Source: a virus (Duplodnaviria > Heunggongvirae > Uroviricota > Caudoviricetes). Taken from it: a DNA stretch of 64,000 bases. Position numbers and translations under genes: made by a program. The notes beneath the pieces are model-generated. The model was not told the origin of the DNA. It searched no databases and worked only from the letters and a program-made list of their open reading frames with translations. The stretch is taken from the IMG/VR virus record IMGVR_UViG_3300028048_001599; one strand, written 5' to 3'. Every line of letters begins with the position of its first letter. Position 1 is the first letter of the stretch. Below are positions 49,794 through 60,974 of this stretch, piece after piece.

Positions 49794-50366
49794 GTGGTTT
49801 TAGTGCGAAAGCGAATAGTATTGTGTTTATTATCTTCATTGATGATGTTCACATTTGTAGGTTGTGGTACTAACATGTATGAATCACAGGAGAGTCAAGT
49901 TTCCGAATATAACAACGGGGTAGATGATGCAAAGAAGTTATTTAAAGAAAATGAAGAACTTGCAAAGTCTAAGGAAACCGAAGTTATGAATATGGTTACT
50001 TGTAATGAAATCTCCAAAGAAACATACAAATTGTTAAACATTGAGAAACCTTTGGATAGAGAAGAAGGTGAAAAGGATAACAGGTATATGTGGCGAAACA
50101 TGCACACATTGATGAAAAATTCAAGTGTAGATACTTACAATGAATATGTAGACTGGATAAACGGGGTATCAACATATACTAATAGCATGGGTGACCATGT
50201 ATTTTTGTACGGTCAACCATACATAATTAAGCGTGGTTATTACTCGTCCGTATCTTCAAATTATCTTACTCAGTTTATGGTACTCAGATTTCAGGACTCG
50301 ACTGAATCTGTAAAAGTAAGGGTTTACTGGAAGGATAAAAAGATACAAGGAATCGTATTGCAATAA
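49794..50366 (+). CDS. Lipoprotein
   Basis: Lipobox FTFVG-C after a basic/hydrophobic leader. Confidence 0.75.
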   Translation: MVLVRKRIVLCLLSSLMMFTFVGCGTNMYESQESQVSEYNNGVDDAKKLFKENEELAKSKETEVMNMVTCNEISKETYKLLNIEKPLDREEGEKDNRYMWRNMHTLMKNSSVDTYNEYVDWINGVSTYTNSMGDHVFLYGQPYIIKRGYYSSVSSNYLTQFMVLRFQDSTESVKVRVYWKDKKIQGIVLQ

Positions 50367-50378
50367 GGAGGGGTAATA

Positions 50379-51074
50379 ATGAGAAAACAACCAAGGCTTA
50401 ATATTAACTTTGAGGATGATTACGATGAACTTGAAGTTGAAAAAGATGATGATATAGAAATTGAAGATGACATCGTTGAAGAATATGATAATAATGATTA
50501 TGCTGTAGATGCACTTAAAAAATCACGTAAGAAAAATGATGATTTTGGTGTTAAACTTAACAGCTATCGAAAGAACAGAAATAGAAAGCGTAGACATAAG
50601 AAATTAAAACATATAATATCATTTATGTTTGTGGCAATACTACTTACAGTATTGGGGGTATGTGTTTGGAACGCTTTACAAATGACAAAAACGACGGAAC
50701 TTGTTAACACAATTGATGATACATTCACACAGCAAGAAACTGGTATTACGAATGTTCAGCGTCTTGGTAAATTATTAACAATTCATGATAGTAAGTCATA
50801 TGATTGGGTTATGTCAAATATTGAAATGACACCCGCATTAAAACGCTCATTATTTACTCCAAATGACGATGGTTCTTATTCTTTTAAAGGTACTCCAGTA
50901 TCTGATGAACTTGCCCCAACTTATGAATTAGTAGAGGTTCAGTATGAAAACTCTGATAATCCGTTGTCGTACCTTGCAGTATTTAATGTTACAAGGCAGG
51001 ATAAAACGGTCATGTCATATTTCGTAACGTGCGAATTTAGGGGTAATACGTTAACAGCTTTTCATATTTATTAA
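50379..51074 (+). CDS. Bitopic membrane protein, VirB8/TcpC-like candidate
   Basis: Acidic then basic cytoplasmic N-terminus, one TM, and a C-terminal domain ending in beta-strands (YLAVFNV...SYFVTCEF...LTAFHIY). Confidence 0.5.
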   Translation: MRKQPRLNINFEDDYDELEVEKDDDIEIEDDIVEEYDNNDYAVDALKKSRKKNDDFGVKLNSYRKNRNRKRRHKKLKHIISFMFVAILLTVLGVCVWNALQMTKTTELVNTIDDTFTQQETGITNVQRLGKLLTIHDSKSYDWVMSNIEMTPALKRSLFTPNDDGSYSFKGTPVSDELAPTYELVEVQYENSDNPLSYLAVFNVTRQDKTVMSYFVTCEFRGNTLTAFHIY

Positions 51075-51258
51075 GATTTTTAGAAAGTTTTTATCAGAAT
51101 GGCCGTAAAATGGCTCAGAATCGTCTGTAAGGCTCGAAAATAGAAAAAAGGAGTAGTTTCATATATTTATAAAAAAGTGGCTCAGAAAGGCTCTCAGGGG
51201 ATTTTAGCAATATGGTAATATTTGGTAAATAAATTTTAAAAAGGAAGAGGGGATAATT

Positions 51259-52323
51259 TTGCAAGATTTAGTGCCCGAAAGAGGTGACTCGACAGTTGCG
51301 ATACCGATGACGTTTGACCTTAAAGTTAAACGTGATAACTTATCATTAATTAAAATAGTACTTGGATTTTTGATAACTGTCGTAGGTTTCATAATAATGA
51401 TTGTACTATTTATTGTGGCAGATGAAAAATATAAACCTCAAATACCTTTGATAGTAGGTTTTGGTACTTTTTATTTTGTCCGAATATTTTTCTTAAAGGA
51501 ATGGTTTTATAAGAAAAAGCAAAAAGAATTAATTGAGAATAACTACACATTTAATACAAGATCATTTTGGGGTATTTATTCCATAAATGAGTATTATCCA
51601 TTTATATGTAAGCGTATAGATAACACATTGATTATATTTGTAGCATTTGATAAAGACGTTATAATAGGTCGTGATAGCACTGCCGATTATGACCACTTTC
51701 AAGCAATTGCAAACGCTTACTCAATAATGGTAAGTAAGGGTATCTCTTGTATTCACATTGATTATGCTGATACTGTAGGTAAAGATGACCGTATGGATAC
51801 ATTGTTTGAAAATCTTGTTGAAACAGAAAATAAGGATGTCAAGAATGAGACCATAAGGTTGTATGACTATGTTCAGTCTTATATGTACCGTTCATATGCA
51901 GATTATGACGTATATGCGTTTTATTATGGGGGTAGAGAGGAAGCCTTTTGGGATGATTTACAGCCTGTACTTGATGCTTTTGGTGAAGCAAACTATGTAA
52001 GAAACCGTATATTATCACGTGAAGAAATAGGTGATTTATGTATTTCTTTAATGAACCTTAATGATTTCAGTACAGCAAGAGCTACTGAAAGTGCGTTCTT
52101 AACAAATGTTCGTGGGGGTAACAATATTAAGGTTATTTGGACTGAAAAAGACGGTGTTCGTACAGATGTTAATAGAACTCGTGAGGTAATCGAAGCCGAA
52201 CGTAGAGTTAAGGCGGCAGAGAATGTGATGCAAGAGAACAAACGTAGACGTAAAAAGAAAAAGAAGAGTAAAAAAGATGATATAAACATGGAAGTAAATT
52301 TGAATATTTTTGATGACGAATAA
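51259..52323 (+). CDS. Two-TM protein with cytoplasmic domain, VirB3/PrgI/TcpE-like candidate
   Basis: TTG start after RBS GAGGGG. Two N-terminal TM. Located upstream of the VirB4-like gene. Confidence 0.5.
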   Translation: MQDLVPERGDSTVAIPMTFDLKVKRDNLSLIKIVLGFLITVVGFIIMIVLFIVADEKYKPQIPLIVGFGTFYFVRIFFLKEWFYKKKQKELIENNYTFNTRSFWGIYSINEYYPFICKRIDNTLIIFVAFDKDVIIGRDSTADYDHFQAIANAYSIMVSKGISCIHIDYADTVGKDDRMDTLFENLVETENKDVKNETIRLYDYVQSYMYRSYADYDVYAFYYGGREEAFWDDLQPVLDAFGEANYVRNRILSREEIGDLCISLMNLNDFSTARATESAFLTNVRGGNNIKVIWTEKDGVRTDVNRTREVIEAERRVKAAENVMQENKRRRKKKKKSKKDDINMEVNLNIFDDE

Positions 52324-52370
52324 TGGACTTTTGTCTATTATTAAATATAGCATAAGCTAAGTATTAAGGA

Positions 52371-54965
52371 GTGGTAATTTTGCGATTAGTAATATTGGGT
52401 ACATCTGGTGTTTGTAAGCAGATGGATGAATTGATTAGAAACCAGATAGACAGTATTAGTATTGACACATTTTCGTCTATTGAGGAGTTTGTAGATAATA
52501 CTAATATTCGCACATCTAAATATGACCGTATGTTATTGGTATCTAATGTAATTCCGAAGGCTTTACCTAAAGACCAGAAGCAAAGTAGGTTATACGGATT
52601 ACTTGAATATATAAATGCAAAACTTCCTGAAATTCGTATAATAACAATGTGTCGAGACGCTAATGATTATGAAATGTATAGGTTTGTATTTTCTGCACCT
52701 ATATATGCTAATTTGAACATTAGTAAAGGTTTAAATGCACATTTGATAATTTCAAGTGTGGAAAATGATGTAACACAATTAAAAGCACAGTACGAGGGTA
52801 AGGATGACCTTGGTGTTCAGGTTATACAGCAAACAGTTCAGCAAGAGCACGAAAAAGTCGAAGAAAAACAGGTAAAAAAGAAAGGTAACATTTTCTCAAA
52901 GCTGTTTGGTGGGGGTAAAAAGAAAAAAGAATCTGAACCACCTAAGGCATCTACACAGGGAGTTGATTTACCTCAGCAAGAAATTGAAGAAACTTCAGAT
53001 TCTGACGGCACTTTAACAGATGAAGATATTGACAACCTTGTTGCCGATGTTACTGATATTGATAGTGTTTCTGATACTACTGAGGTAGTATCTTCAAGTA
53101 TATCAGCTGAGAAGTATACTGAAGCAACTCAAACTCCGTCCATAAATAAGAAAAAGAAGAAAAAAAGAGTGGAACCCGAAGTTAACGTTAATTTAGACCA
53201 ACCTATGGGGGTAAAGTATGAAGCACCTAAAAATGCATCATATAATACAGATGTTGTCTATAATGGCGACACGAATCCCATGGGGCATAATCAGGGGGTA
53301 TTTAATCAACCACCTGTAACACCTGTAACTCCCGTAACACCTGTTGCACCTGCAACACCTGTAACTCCCATAACACCTGTTGCACCTGTAACACCTGCAA
53401 CACCTGTAACACCTGTTGCACCTGTTGCACCTGTTGCACCTGCTGCACCTGCTGCACCTGCTTCGTCTGGTGCAGATATATACGGGGGTCAAGTTACGGG
53501 ACAGCAAGGTTCAAGAAATTACACTTCACCAATAGGTTCAACACCAAAGCCAAAGAAATTCACAGCAGACAGTATAGATGATTTAGACTTTTCATTAGAT
53601 GACTCACCTAAGGTAACCATTGACGATGAAGAAACGGAGGAAACAAAAGTTGGGGTTTCATTACAAGATAACCGTAAAGAGGAAAAACCTGTTCTTCCTG
53701 TTGTAACTCCTACTCCGAGACCGTCAAAGGTATCACAGGTAGATGCATCTAAGATAGAGCAGCATAAGTTTAATGTAGAGGATACAAACGATAAAAAGCT
53801 CAATATAGACAGTTCAGGTCATCAAGACGGAGTAACTGGTGTAAGGCTTACACAGGGTATCAATACACAAACTGAGGAAGAAGATGACTTTGAAGCTGCT
53901 TTCGTTAAAAAGTCTTATAGTAGACGAGCACCTAGTTCATTTGGTGATATTTCTTCTTTACCTTCATTTGATGATATTAACTTGAATAGTGAAAATGACG
54001 ATGTCGAAGAAGCTGTGGACGATGATGAAATTAATATTGTTCCTGTAGACCCTGCATTGTTAAATGCACAACAGGCTCAGGCTTCGCAACCTAAGGTAAT
54101 TGAAAAAGTTGTTGAACGTGTCGTAGAAAAACCTGTTGAAGTTATCAAGGAAGTTGAGAAAATAGTTGAAAAACCTGTTGAGAGGGTAGTTGAAAAAGAG
54201 GTAGTAAAGGAAAAGATGGTATATGTAGCAGGGGGTAGTTCTTCTGTTCACCATCTTAAAGATATTCTCGCAGCACAGGAGCCAACATACCTATTAATAA
54301 CTGGTGACCGTAGGAGTAGTATCACAACAACATCTCTTTCTCTTGCTAACATATTTGGTAGTAAGTTAAGGACTTTATATGTTGATTTGGATACAAAGAA
54401 TCATGGTTCTCTTGTAAGACTTGGTATTCAGAATATTGTTGACGAGGATGAATCTGTTCAGAACGGTCTTAAGAATATAAGAACACCAAAAGTTCTTGAA
54501 AACATAGTATATTGGGGTAATAACGTATTTGCATCACTTATATCTATGTTTGGTACTGATGTAAGTGATTCTGAGATAACAAGAGCTGCTAATGTACTTG
54601 CCGTTCAGCACTCATTTAACGTTGTTGTTATTGACTGTCCTTTGGATAAGTTATGCTTGTTGGATGATTTACTTCCTATTTGTGATACGATAATTTGTAT
54701 TGATGGTTCAGTACAGGGTATTATGAATACTATGAGTGAATTAACAGAATTAACAGAAAACGGGGTATCAAAAAAGGTTCAGAATATGATGTATCGTTCT
54801 TCAAGAATACTGATTACTGGAAAAGATGCTGACGCTAAGATGTTTAATGAAAATAGAAAATTTGTTGATGACATATTTAGTTTGTCAGATGAACCTATTC
54901 CTTGGATAAAAACACCTGTTATGGGTACATTAAATAATTTGGTGAAAGCAGTAAAAAATATGTAA
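52371..54965 (+). CDS. Receiver-like N-domain + long disordered linker + degenerate ParA/MinD-like domain
   Basis: C-terminal [19 protein letters not shown]...TLYVDLD...VVVIDCP follows the ParA/MinD topology but lacks the GKT lysine. PVT/PVA and VEKPVE repeats. Confidence 0.6.
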   Translation: MVILRLVILGTSGVCKQMDELIRNQIDSISIDTFSSIEEFVDNTNIRTSKYDRMLLVSNVIPKALPKDQKQSRLYGLLEYINAKLPEIRIITMCRDANDYEMYRFVFSAPIYANLNISKGLNAHLIISSVENDVTQLKAQYEGKDDLGVQVIQQTVQQEHEKVEEKQVKKKGNIFSKLFGGGKKKKESEPPKASTQGVDLPQQEIEETSDSDGTLTDEDIDNLVADVTDIDSVSDTTEVVSSSISAEKYTEATQTPSINKKKKKKRVEPEVNVNLDQPMGVKYEAPKNASYNTDVVYNGDTNPMGHNQGVFNQPPVTPVTPVTPVAPATPVTPITPVAPVTPATPVTPVAPVAPVAPAAPAAPASSGADIYGGQVTGQQGSRNYTSPIGSTPKPKKFTADSIDDLDFSLDDSPKVTIDDEETEETKVGVSLQDNRKEEKPVLPVVTPTPRPSKVSQVDASKIEQHKFNVEDTNDKKLNIDSSGHQDGVTGVRLTQGINTQTEEEDDFEAAFVKKSYSRRAPSSFGDISSLPSFDDINLNSENDDVEEAVDDDEINIVPVDPALLNAQQAQASQPKVIEKVVERVVEKPVEVIKEVEKIVEKPVERVVEKEVVKEKMVYVAGGSSSVHHLKDILAAQEPTYLLITGDRRSSITTTSLSLANIFGSKLRTLYVDLDTKNHGSLVRLGIQNIVDEDESVQNGLKNIRTPKVLENIVYWGNNVFASLISMFGTDVSDSEITRAANVLAVQHSFNVVVIDCPLDKLCLLDDLLPICDTIICIDGSVQGIMNTMSELTELTENGVSKKVQNMMYRSSRILITGKDADAKMFNENRKFVDDIFSLSDEPIPWIKTPVMGTLNNLVKAVKNM
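53310..53460 (+). repeat. 9-bp coding repeats ([12 protein letters not shown])
   Basis: Run of about 16 CCTGTAACA/CCTGTTGCA-type units. Confidence 0.85.
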
Positions 54966-54971
54966 ACTGAT

Positions 54972-55003
54972 GGCGATTGTGTCAAAACCGCAATCGCCTT
55001 TTA
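54972..55003 (+). terminator. Hairpin/terminator
   Basis: GGCGATTGTG/CGCAATCGCC plus TTTT. Confidence 0.7.
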
Positions 55004-55024
55004 GGTTAATATAGAGGTGATATT

Positions 55025-56278
55025 ATGAAAAGTCGTTCATTGTCGACAAAAAAGAAAGGTAGATTACTTGTAACTACTGGTGACTACAAACTAAAAGGGT
55101 TTACAGTAGTAAAAACATTAAAGGGGGTAGATTGGTCTGGAATTGAGGGTTTAATATTTAACTCTAGTGAGGATGATGACCTTACTGTGTATTCAGAAAT
55201 TGTAAAAGTAAAGAACAGTCTTAAATTCATTATTTACATTAATTCTGATGTTAAACCTATATTTTTCAGTCTATTCTCTGGTATTAATGGTGACATTTAT
55301 AATAATTCAGACTTACTTGGGGATGAAACTATTGTAGATTTTATGATTACAAAGTACGGTCAGACAGGTTTAACAATTAAATCATCGGCTCAGGACTTTG
55401 AAAGCTTAAATAAAAGTCTGAAAAAGGTATTAAATGCTGAGGAAACGGATGTGCATAACTTTGTCAAAAATAGACTTTGGAAAAAGACAGTGTGTGAGGC
55501 ACTTGCAACTGTAGATTCGTCATTGGCTCGTGCAGACCAAATCAATAATGATATGGTACAAATTATAGGTCAAGCTAAAGACCAAGCAGATAAGTTGATG
55601 GAAACTAATCAAGAAATCAATGACCAGTTAGTATCTATGCAAGAAACAATGTCAGAATTTTCAAACGGGGTAACAACAACTCCTATGTTTTATACTGCAT
55701 ATAAGGTTTCAGCTGCAACAAAACGAGTATTGTCGGTAAAATGTTATAGTCATTGTAATTACCTTGTGTCATTTTTGATAGCTTATCAGAAGTATCTTAA
55801 ACAATCTTTGGGGGTAGACTCACGTATATTGTTAGTGCTTCCAAACTTACCAATATTTGTTTCAAGATATAAGGAATTACCGAGACTGGCAACTGAAACA
55901 TTGGGTGTCATGCAAAACCTTAATCGTGATTTATATTGTACTTTCGAGCCTAAACGTGAAGTTATGAAACGTTTCTTTGAAGGTAATAACATGATTTATA
56001 TAGTTGTAGACGAGATGTATAGTAACGCTATTGTATCTTCTGGTGCTAAGGTAGAGAAATTTTACGCAGTATCAGGGGGTAGTGACATTTCAAGATTTGA
56101 TTTGAAACCCGAAAGAACATTCTTTCCTGTTGTAGGTCTTGAAGAAGGTTTCGTAATTCCCTATATTCAGGATTACAATACTAAATATCCGGGTATGCCT
56201 GCAAAACTTCAGGCTTATTATACTGGTTGTAGAAAACTTTACGATAGACTTGATAAAATTCTTGGTGTGAAGGGTTAA
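55025..56278 (+). CDS. Hypothetical protein with central coiled coil
   Basis: alpha/beta N-domain, heptad-like QAKDQADKLMETNQEINDQL, alpha/beta C-domain. Confidence 0.75.
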   Translation: MKSRSLSTKKKGRLLVTTGDYKLKGFTVVKTLKGVDWSGIEGLIFNSSEDDDLTVYSEIVKVKNSLKFIIYINSDVKPIFFSLFSGINGDIYNNSDLLGDETIVDFMITKYGQTGLTIKSSAQDFESLNKSLKKVLNAEETDVHNFVKNRLWKKTVCEALATVDSSLARADQINNDMVQIIGQAKDQADKLMETNQEINDQLVSMQETMSEFSNGVTTTPMFYTAYKVSAATKRVLSVKCYSHCNYLVSFLIAYQKYLKQSLGVDSRILLVLPNLPIFVSRYKELPRLATETLGVMQNLNRDLYCTFEPKREVMKRFFEGNNMIYIVVDEMYSNAIVSSGAKVEKFYAVSGGSDISRFDLKPERTFFPVVGLEEGFVIPYIQDYNTKYPGMPAKLQAYYTGCRKLYDRLDKILGVKG

Positions 56279-56287
56279 TAAGGTGGT

Positions 56288-58393
56288 GTGAAAATGGGAC
56301 TTTCATTTCATCCTATAAAACATATTAAAAAGGTTATTAACCTATATGATGATTTGATTTGTACTCAGTTAATAAAAGATTCTTCTATGGAGTGTCTTAA
56401 TAAACAATGTGGTAGAGACGAAATCATAATAGATTTTCTGGGTATGTATGATAAAAATAATATAACTTACTTTTATGTATTTTCTAATTATCCTATTGAG
56501 TTACCATTAGACTATAAGGATAAAATAAGACTTAACTGTCATGGCAATACACGTGTGTCTTTTTACAATTGTTTATCAGGGCATAAAATTGACTGGTCGA
56601 GTCCACAGATGAAATCTAAGCTTAGGGTTTTAAGGATGGCAAATCAGGAACAAGCAAGTAAAAATGTTGACGCTTTTAACTTGCATGATAACCTTGCATC
56701 TATGGGTCGTCAAGAATTTATTGAAAATTCACTTATATATTTATCAAATGCTGATATTCGTAGAAATCGTACACTTTTAAAATCATCAGTAATGATGACA
56801 ATAAGTGGGATACGTGGTGAGGAGTTTGATGAATCCGTAGCTGCTATTGTTGAATATTGTAAGCATATAGGTTTACAGGCGGAGCGTGTAACATATGATG
56901 TTCCTGATATATTATCATATTTCTCTCCATTTAGGCATTTGAGATATGATGTAGGTAAACGCGTCGATAATATACCATCACAGATATTGCCTGATGAACT
57001 TGTAGCGAGATTTAGTAGTTATTCACAAGGAATATTAGGTGTAGGGGGTAAAAGGGCTTTATATTTCGGGACTGATATTTACTCAGGTTTTCCTGTTTTA
57101 AAGGTTGTTAAGTATACTCCCGAAGCACCTGAGATTTGGTTATGCACTGCAGAGACTGGTGGCGGTAAGTCTTTCTTTGTAAAATCATTAATACTTCAAT
57201 TATTAGCTAATAACATGAATGGTACTATAATGGACGTTGAGGGTAATGAGTACTCATATCTTGCAGAGTTCTGTTCAAGGGGTAGTAAAGTTGTTGTATT
57301 AAACATGGGTGAAGGTCAAGGTAAATATTTTGACCCTGTTGAAATTCCGAAACCTACGGGTATTGAGGATATAGACAAAGACGCTAAGAAAATGTCTATA
57401 GACTTTACAAATGCCATCCTTAAGGTATTACTTGGTAGAGCCTATGAGGAGAACGTGTGGCTTTCTTCTGTTGTAAATGATGTTGTTGCTACAACATATA
57501 ATCGTTTTGGTATAACTGATGATAGACGCTCATGGATATTATCTGAAGGTATGACCTTATATGATGTGTTTGATACACTAAGGATAATGCATGATTTTAT
57601 AAGGTCTAATTCTGAGGAAAGACGTACTATTCTTAATAAATACCATATAGAGATGCCAGAGTACACTAATAATAAGGATTACATGAAGGCTATTGAGCAG
57701 GCTGTAGCTTTCATAAGTCCTTACTTTTTAAAAGATGGTTTAAGAAGTTCATTATTTAAGGAACGTGTATTAGTATCTGATGTCGCTGAGGCTGACTTGG
57801 TTGTATGTTCGTTTGGTATGGCTGGTAAAGCTACCCATGCTATTGATGAAGTACAGTTAGCATTGATGCAATTATCAGCGGCTCAGATAAGTCACCAGAG
57901 GTCGATATTTAGTAAAGCCAAAGGTAAGTTTAACTTTAAGGTATGGGAGGAGTTCCAAAGATGGGGTAAATTCCCAGATAGTGATAAGACTATCGGTGTT
58001 GCTGTAACTGGTGGTCGTAAACTTGGTGACACTAACATAATAATAACTAACTTTGTTAAAGAGCTTCTTGATGAGGACAGATTTGCTATCTTTTCAAATA
58101 AAACGTCATTTATGATTGGTTCTATCGATGACAAACAGGTTCGTGATGAACTTGCGGATAGATTATCAATTCCTAATATGAAACATGAACTTGATAATAT
58201 AGCTGCTGCTCATAAGACAGATGATAACTTTAAAAATGCGAGTGGGGGTAGTAGCTCACTGTTTAGGTTTGGTTTCTTACTAGGATTGGATAACAGTAAA
58301 TACGGGGTAGCAAAGATGTTAGTACCTCGTACAATGGCAAAATCGGACTTGTTTAGAACAGGTGTTAAAGTTGACGATGACTCTGAAGAATAA
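56288..58393 (+). CDS. VirB4/TraC/ConE-like type IV secretion ATPase
   Basis: YFGTD...G.PV, Walker A AETGGGKS, IMDVEGNEY, YFDP, Walker B KVWEEFQ, GRKLG...IIITN. Confidence 0.8.
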   Translation: MKMGLSFHPIKHIKKVINLYDDLICTQLIKDSSMECLNKQCGRDEIIIDFLGMYDKNNITYFYVFSNYPIELPLDYKDKIRLNCHGNTRVSFYNCLSGHKIDWSSPQMKSKLRVLRMANQEQASKNVDAFNLHDNLASMGRQEFIENSLIYLSNADIRRNRTLLKSSVMMTISGIRGEEFDESVAAIVEYCKHIGLQAERVTYDVPDILSYFSPFRHLRYDVGKRVDNIPSQILPDELVARFSSYSQGILGVGGKRALYFGTDIYSGFPVLKVVKYTPEAPEIWLCTAETGGGKSFFVKSLILQLLANNMNGTIMDVEGNEYSYLAEFCSRGSKVVVLNMGEGQGKYFDPVEIPKPTGIEDIDKDAKKMSIDFTNAILKVLLGRAYEENVWLSSVVNDVVATTYNRFGITDDRRSWILSEGMTLYDVFDTLRIMHDFIRSNSEERRTILNKYHIEMPEYTNNKDYMKAIEQAVAFISPYFLKDGLRSSLFKERVLVSDVAEADLVVCSFGMAGKATHAIDEVQLALMQLSAAQISHQRSIFSKAKGKFNFKVWEEFQRWGKFPDSDKTIGVAVTGGRKLGDTNIIITNFVKELLDEDRFAIFSNKTSFMIGSIDDKQVRDELADRLSIPNMKHELDNIAAAHKTDDNFKNASGGSSSLFRFGFLLGLDNSKYGVAKMLVPRTMAKSDLFRTGVKVDDDSEE

Positions 58394-58414
58394 ATAGTAA
58401 TGGTGGTGTAGAAA

Positions 58415-58561
58415 GTGCCGATATTTATATTTATTAGTATATTGTTGAGTGGTTATGTTGCAGCTACAATGAAAGATGAGGATAAAACGAGGTATTTTTT
58501 AACATTGGGTGTCATTATACTGATTTTAATAGTACCTCGATTACTCACTGGAAAATTATAA
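58415..58561 (+). CDS. 48-aa two-TM microprotein (not in the ORF track)
   Basis: GTG after GGTGGTG. MPIFIFISILLSGYVAATMKDEDKTRYFLTLGVIILILIVPRLLTGKL fills the gap between the two ATPase genes. Confidence 0.65.
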   Translation: MPIFIFISILLSGYVAATMKDEDKTRYFLTLGVIILILIVPRLLTGKL

Positions 58562-58580
58562 GATATAGGGTGGTTATAAA

Positions 58581-60971
58581 ATGCAAGATATAACGTCTAA
58601 AGTATCACAAGAGGATATGGATAATGCACGTATGAGCAGAGAACGTTCAACTAACCCTCCTGATTTTGAACCCGGTATGTCTGACGATGATGACTTATTT
58701 GATTCGCTTGACGATTTCGGAGGTGGGGGTAGTAACATGGACGATTTCGGTAATAATGACAGTGGCTTCGGAGCACCTGGTGGAGGATTTGGAGCACCTG
58801 GTGGAGGATTTGGAGCACCTGGTGGAGGATTTGGAGCACCTGGTGGAGGATTTGGAGTTGGGGGTGGCTTTGGTCAGCAACAGCAACAAAATAATAAAGC
58901 ACCCGAAGATAAATTCTTTGATGTACTAAAGAATTTCTTTGTAGGTTTCAAAGATTGGGCTAAAAATTTTATACAAACATTTAAAGAATTAGACGTTAGA
59001 AAGCGAGTAAACGCAGGTAAATACATATTCATTATAGGTTTAGTATGTGCAGCTATTGGTTTTATATGTATATTTTTCACTGATAAGTTTGGTTTTCAAA
59101 TGTTAGCATCTTCACTGTTTGCATCAGCATTTGGGGTAGTTTTATTTATGTTTTCATATGATAAGGCTAAGACATTAGGTATAGATTTATCAAACCCAGA
59201 GTTTCAACCACAACCTCAACCTGAAAATAATGGTTTTGGCGGGGGTTTAAATGACGAAATAGATTTTAGTGATGAGGACGATGATATTTCCTTTGATGAC
59301 GATGACTTTGGTGAGGATGACGGTGATGAAATAAATATAGATGACCTTGATGATTTTGTACCAGTATCAGATGAACCTGATACATTGAGTAGTCCACCTG
59401 TTGACAGTGATACTGTTTTAGCATCTGTTAATATAGACCACGGTATGGTAACACGTCAATATCTCTATGAAACAATCACTCAAATTCTTCCGAATTGTGA
59501 TACGACTTATGATAAGGAAATAGTATACAATGATGATTCACCTGAGTTTAATTCATGGGATGCAATAATAAAGCAAGCCGCAGACGTATTCAGGGGTAAT
59601 CAAGAGGACAGTCCAAACTTGATGGAGTTGAAGGACAAGTTGTTTTATTGGCAACTCACAGTTAGTCGTGTAAAATGGATAAAGAATGTAGAACAGCTTG
59701 TTGATGAATTGGTAAACATCGTTAAGTATGATGATAACGGTGGTTGTGATGATTCAGTATATGGTACAGGGGTATATGTGGGCAACAAGGCAATTATAAA
59801 GATATACAAGGGTTCAACTGCAATGGTATCAGTAAAGGATGCTTATAGACAGTGTAAGGATTTTGTTCTTGATACTGGTAATAAAATGCCTGTCGTTCTT
59901 GGTATTGATTCAGAAGGTAAGGTTGTAATAAAAGACCTTTCTAAGATATTTGCACTTTGTGTAGCAGGTATGCCTCGTTCAGGTAAGACATGGCTTGTAC
60001 AGTCTATGTTGACTCAGATGATGTCATATATGAAACCGTCTGAATTGGAATTTTACATATATGACCCGAAGGATAAACTTTCAGACTTTAGGGCTATGAC
60101 AATGCCGCATATTAAGGACTTTAGGTCACGTGATGAGGACATAGTTGCAGGTTTGAAATATATTGTAAAAGTAGAAGCTGAACGTAGGAATAATATTATA
60201 GGTGGTGCAGGCTTCGTTAATATTGAGGACTACAAGAAGGCAAACCCAATGGCTGTAATGCCTTACTTGTATGTGGTAATTGACGAGGTTATAACTTTTG
60301 CAACACGTATGAAGGACGAAAAACCTGATATGTATAAGGAATTTCAGTCGTATTTGAAGGAATTAGTATCAAGACTTCCTGGCATGGGTATTAGATTGTT
60401 TATGATACCTCATGTATTGAAGAATGACATTATTCAGAAAACAACGACAGACCTTATTCCTTGTCGTATTTCAGTTAAGGGTACACCAGACCACATAGAA
60501 GCTGTAACTGGTGCGAAACCGAGGGAGTTTACTAATACATTAACACATTCAGGTGATATGGCTGTACGTCTTGATGGTTATACTAACTTTTGTCATGCCG
60601 CTATTCTTACTTCTACTAATGAAGGAAATAATCATATATTTAACTTCTTAACGCAATTCTGGTTAAAAATAGAACCTGAAAGTATCAAGGGTAGTGTATA
60701 TGAAAGAAATCTAAAACAAGATGGTAATATAGAGGAACTTAAGAGATTAGGTAGCACTTTGAGTAATGAAGATGTAGATGACTTATTATCAGGGGTGCAT
60801 AGTAAAGACACTGATAAATCTAAAAAAGCTAAGAAACGAACAGCACCTGTTGTTAAACGTGATATGAGTTCGGTTTCGGATAGAAATTTAGGTGAATCAA
60901 GTTCTGCAGGTGCTATGGATGATGACTCATTAGACGATTTATTAAGTGGTTTAGATGACGATGATTGGTAA
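58581..60971 (+). CDS. FtsK/SpoIIIE-family ATPase, TcpA/ConQ-like coupling protein candidate
   Basis: Two TM. PVVLGID...KDL, Walker A VAGMPRSGKT, YIYDPK, EAERR, Walker B YVVIDE, GIRL. Confidence 0.85.
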   Translation: MQDITSKVSQEDMDNARMSRERSTNPPDFEPGMSDDDDLFDSLDDFGGGGSNMDDFGNNDSGFGAPGGGFGAPGGGFGAPGGGFGAPGGGFGVGGGFGQQQQQNNKAPEDKFFDVLKNFFVGFKDWAKNFIQTFKELDVRKRVNAGKYIFIIGLVCAAIGFICIFFTDKFGFQMLASSLFASAFGVVLFMFSYDKAKTLGIDLSNPEFQPQPQPENNGFGGGLNDEIDFSDEDDDISFDDDDFGEDDGDEINIDDLDDFVPVSDEPDTLSSPPVDSDTVLASVNIDHGMVTRQYLYETITQILPNCDTTYDKEIVYNDDSPEFNSWDAIIKQAADVFRGNQEDSPNLMELKDKLFYWQLTVSRVKWIKNVEQLVDELVNIVKYDDNGGCDDSVYGTGVYVGNKAIIKIYKGSTAMVSVKDAYRQCKDFVLDTGNKMPVVLGIDSEGKVVIKDLSKIFALCVAGMPRSGKTWLVQSMLTQMMSYMKPSELEFYIYDPKDKLSDFRAMTMPHIKDFRSRDEDIVAGLKYIVKVEAERRNNIIGGAGFVNIEDYKKANPMAVMPYLYVVIDEVITFATRMKDEKPDMYKEFQSYLKELVSRLPGMGIRLFMIPHVLKNDIIQKTTTDLIPCRISVKGTPDHIEAVTGAKPREFTNTLTHSGDMAVRLDGYTNFCHAAILTSTNEGNNHIFNFLTQFWLKIEPESIKGSVYERNLKQDGNIEELKRLGSTLSNEDVDDLLSGVHSKDTDKSKKAKKRTAPVVKRDMSSVSDRNLGESSSAGAMDDDSLDDLLSGLDDDDW
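58770..58857 (+). repeat. Four exact 21-bp tandem repeats encoding GAPGGGF
   Basis: GGAGCACCTGGTGGAGGATTT x4. Confidence 0.9.
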
Positions 60972-60974
60972 GGA

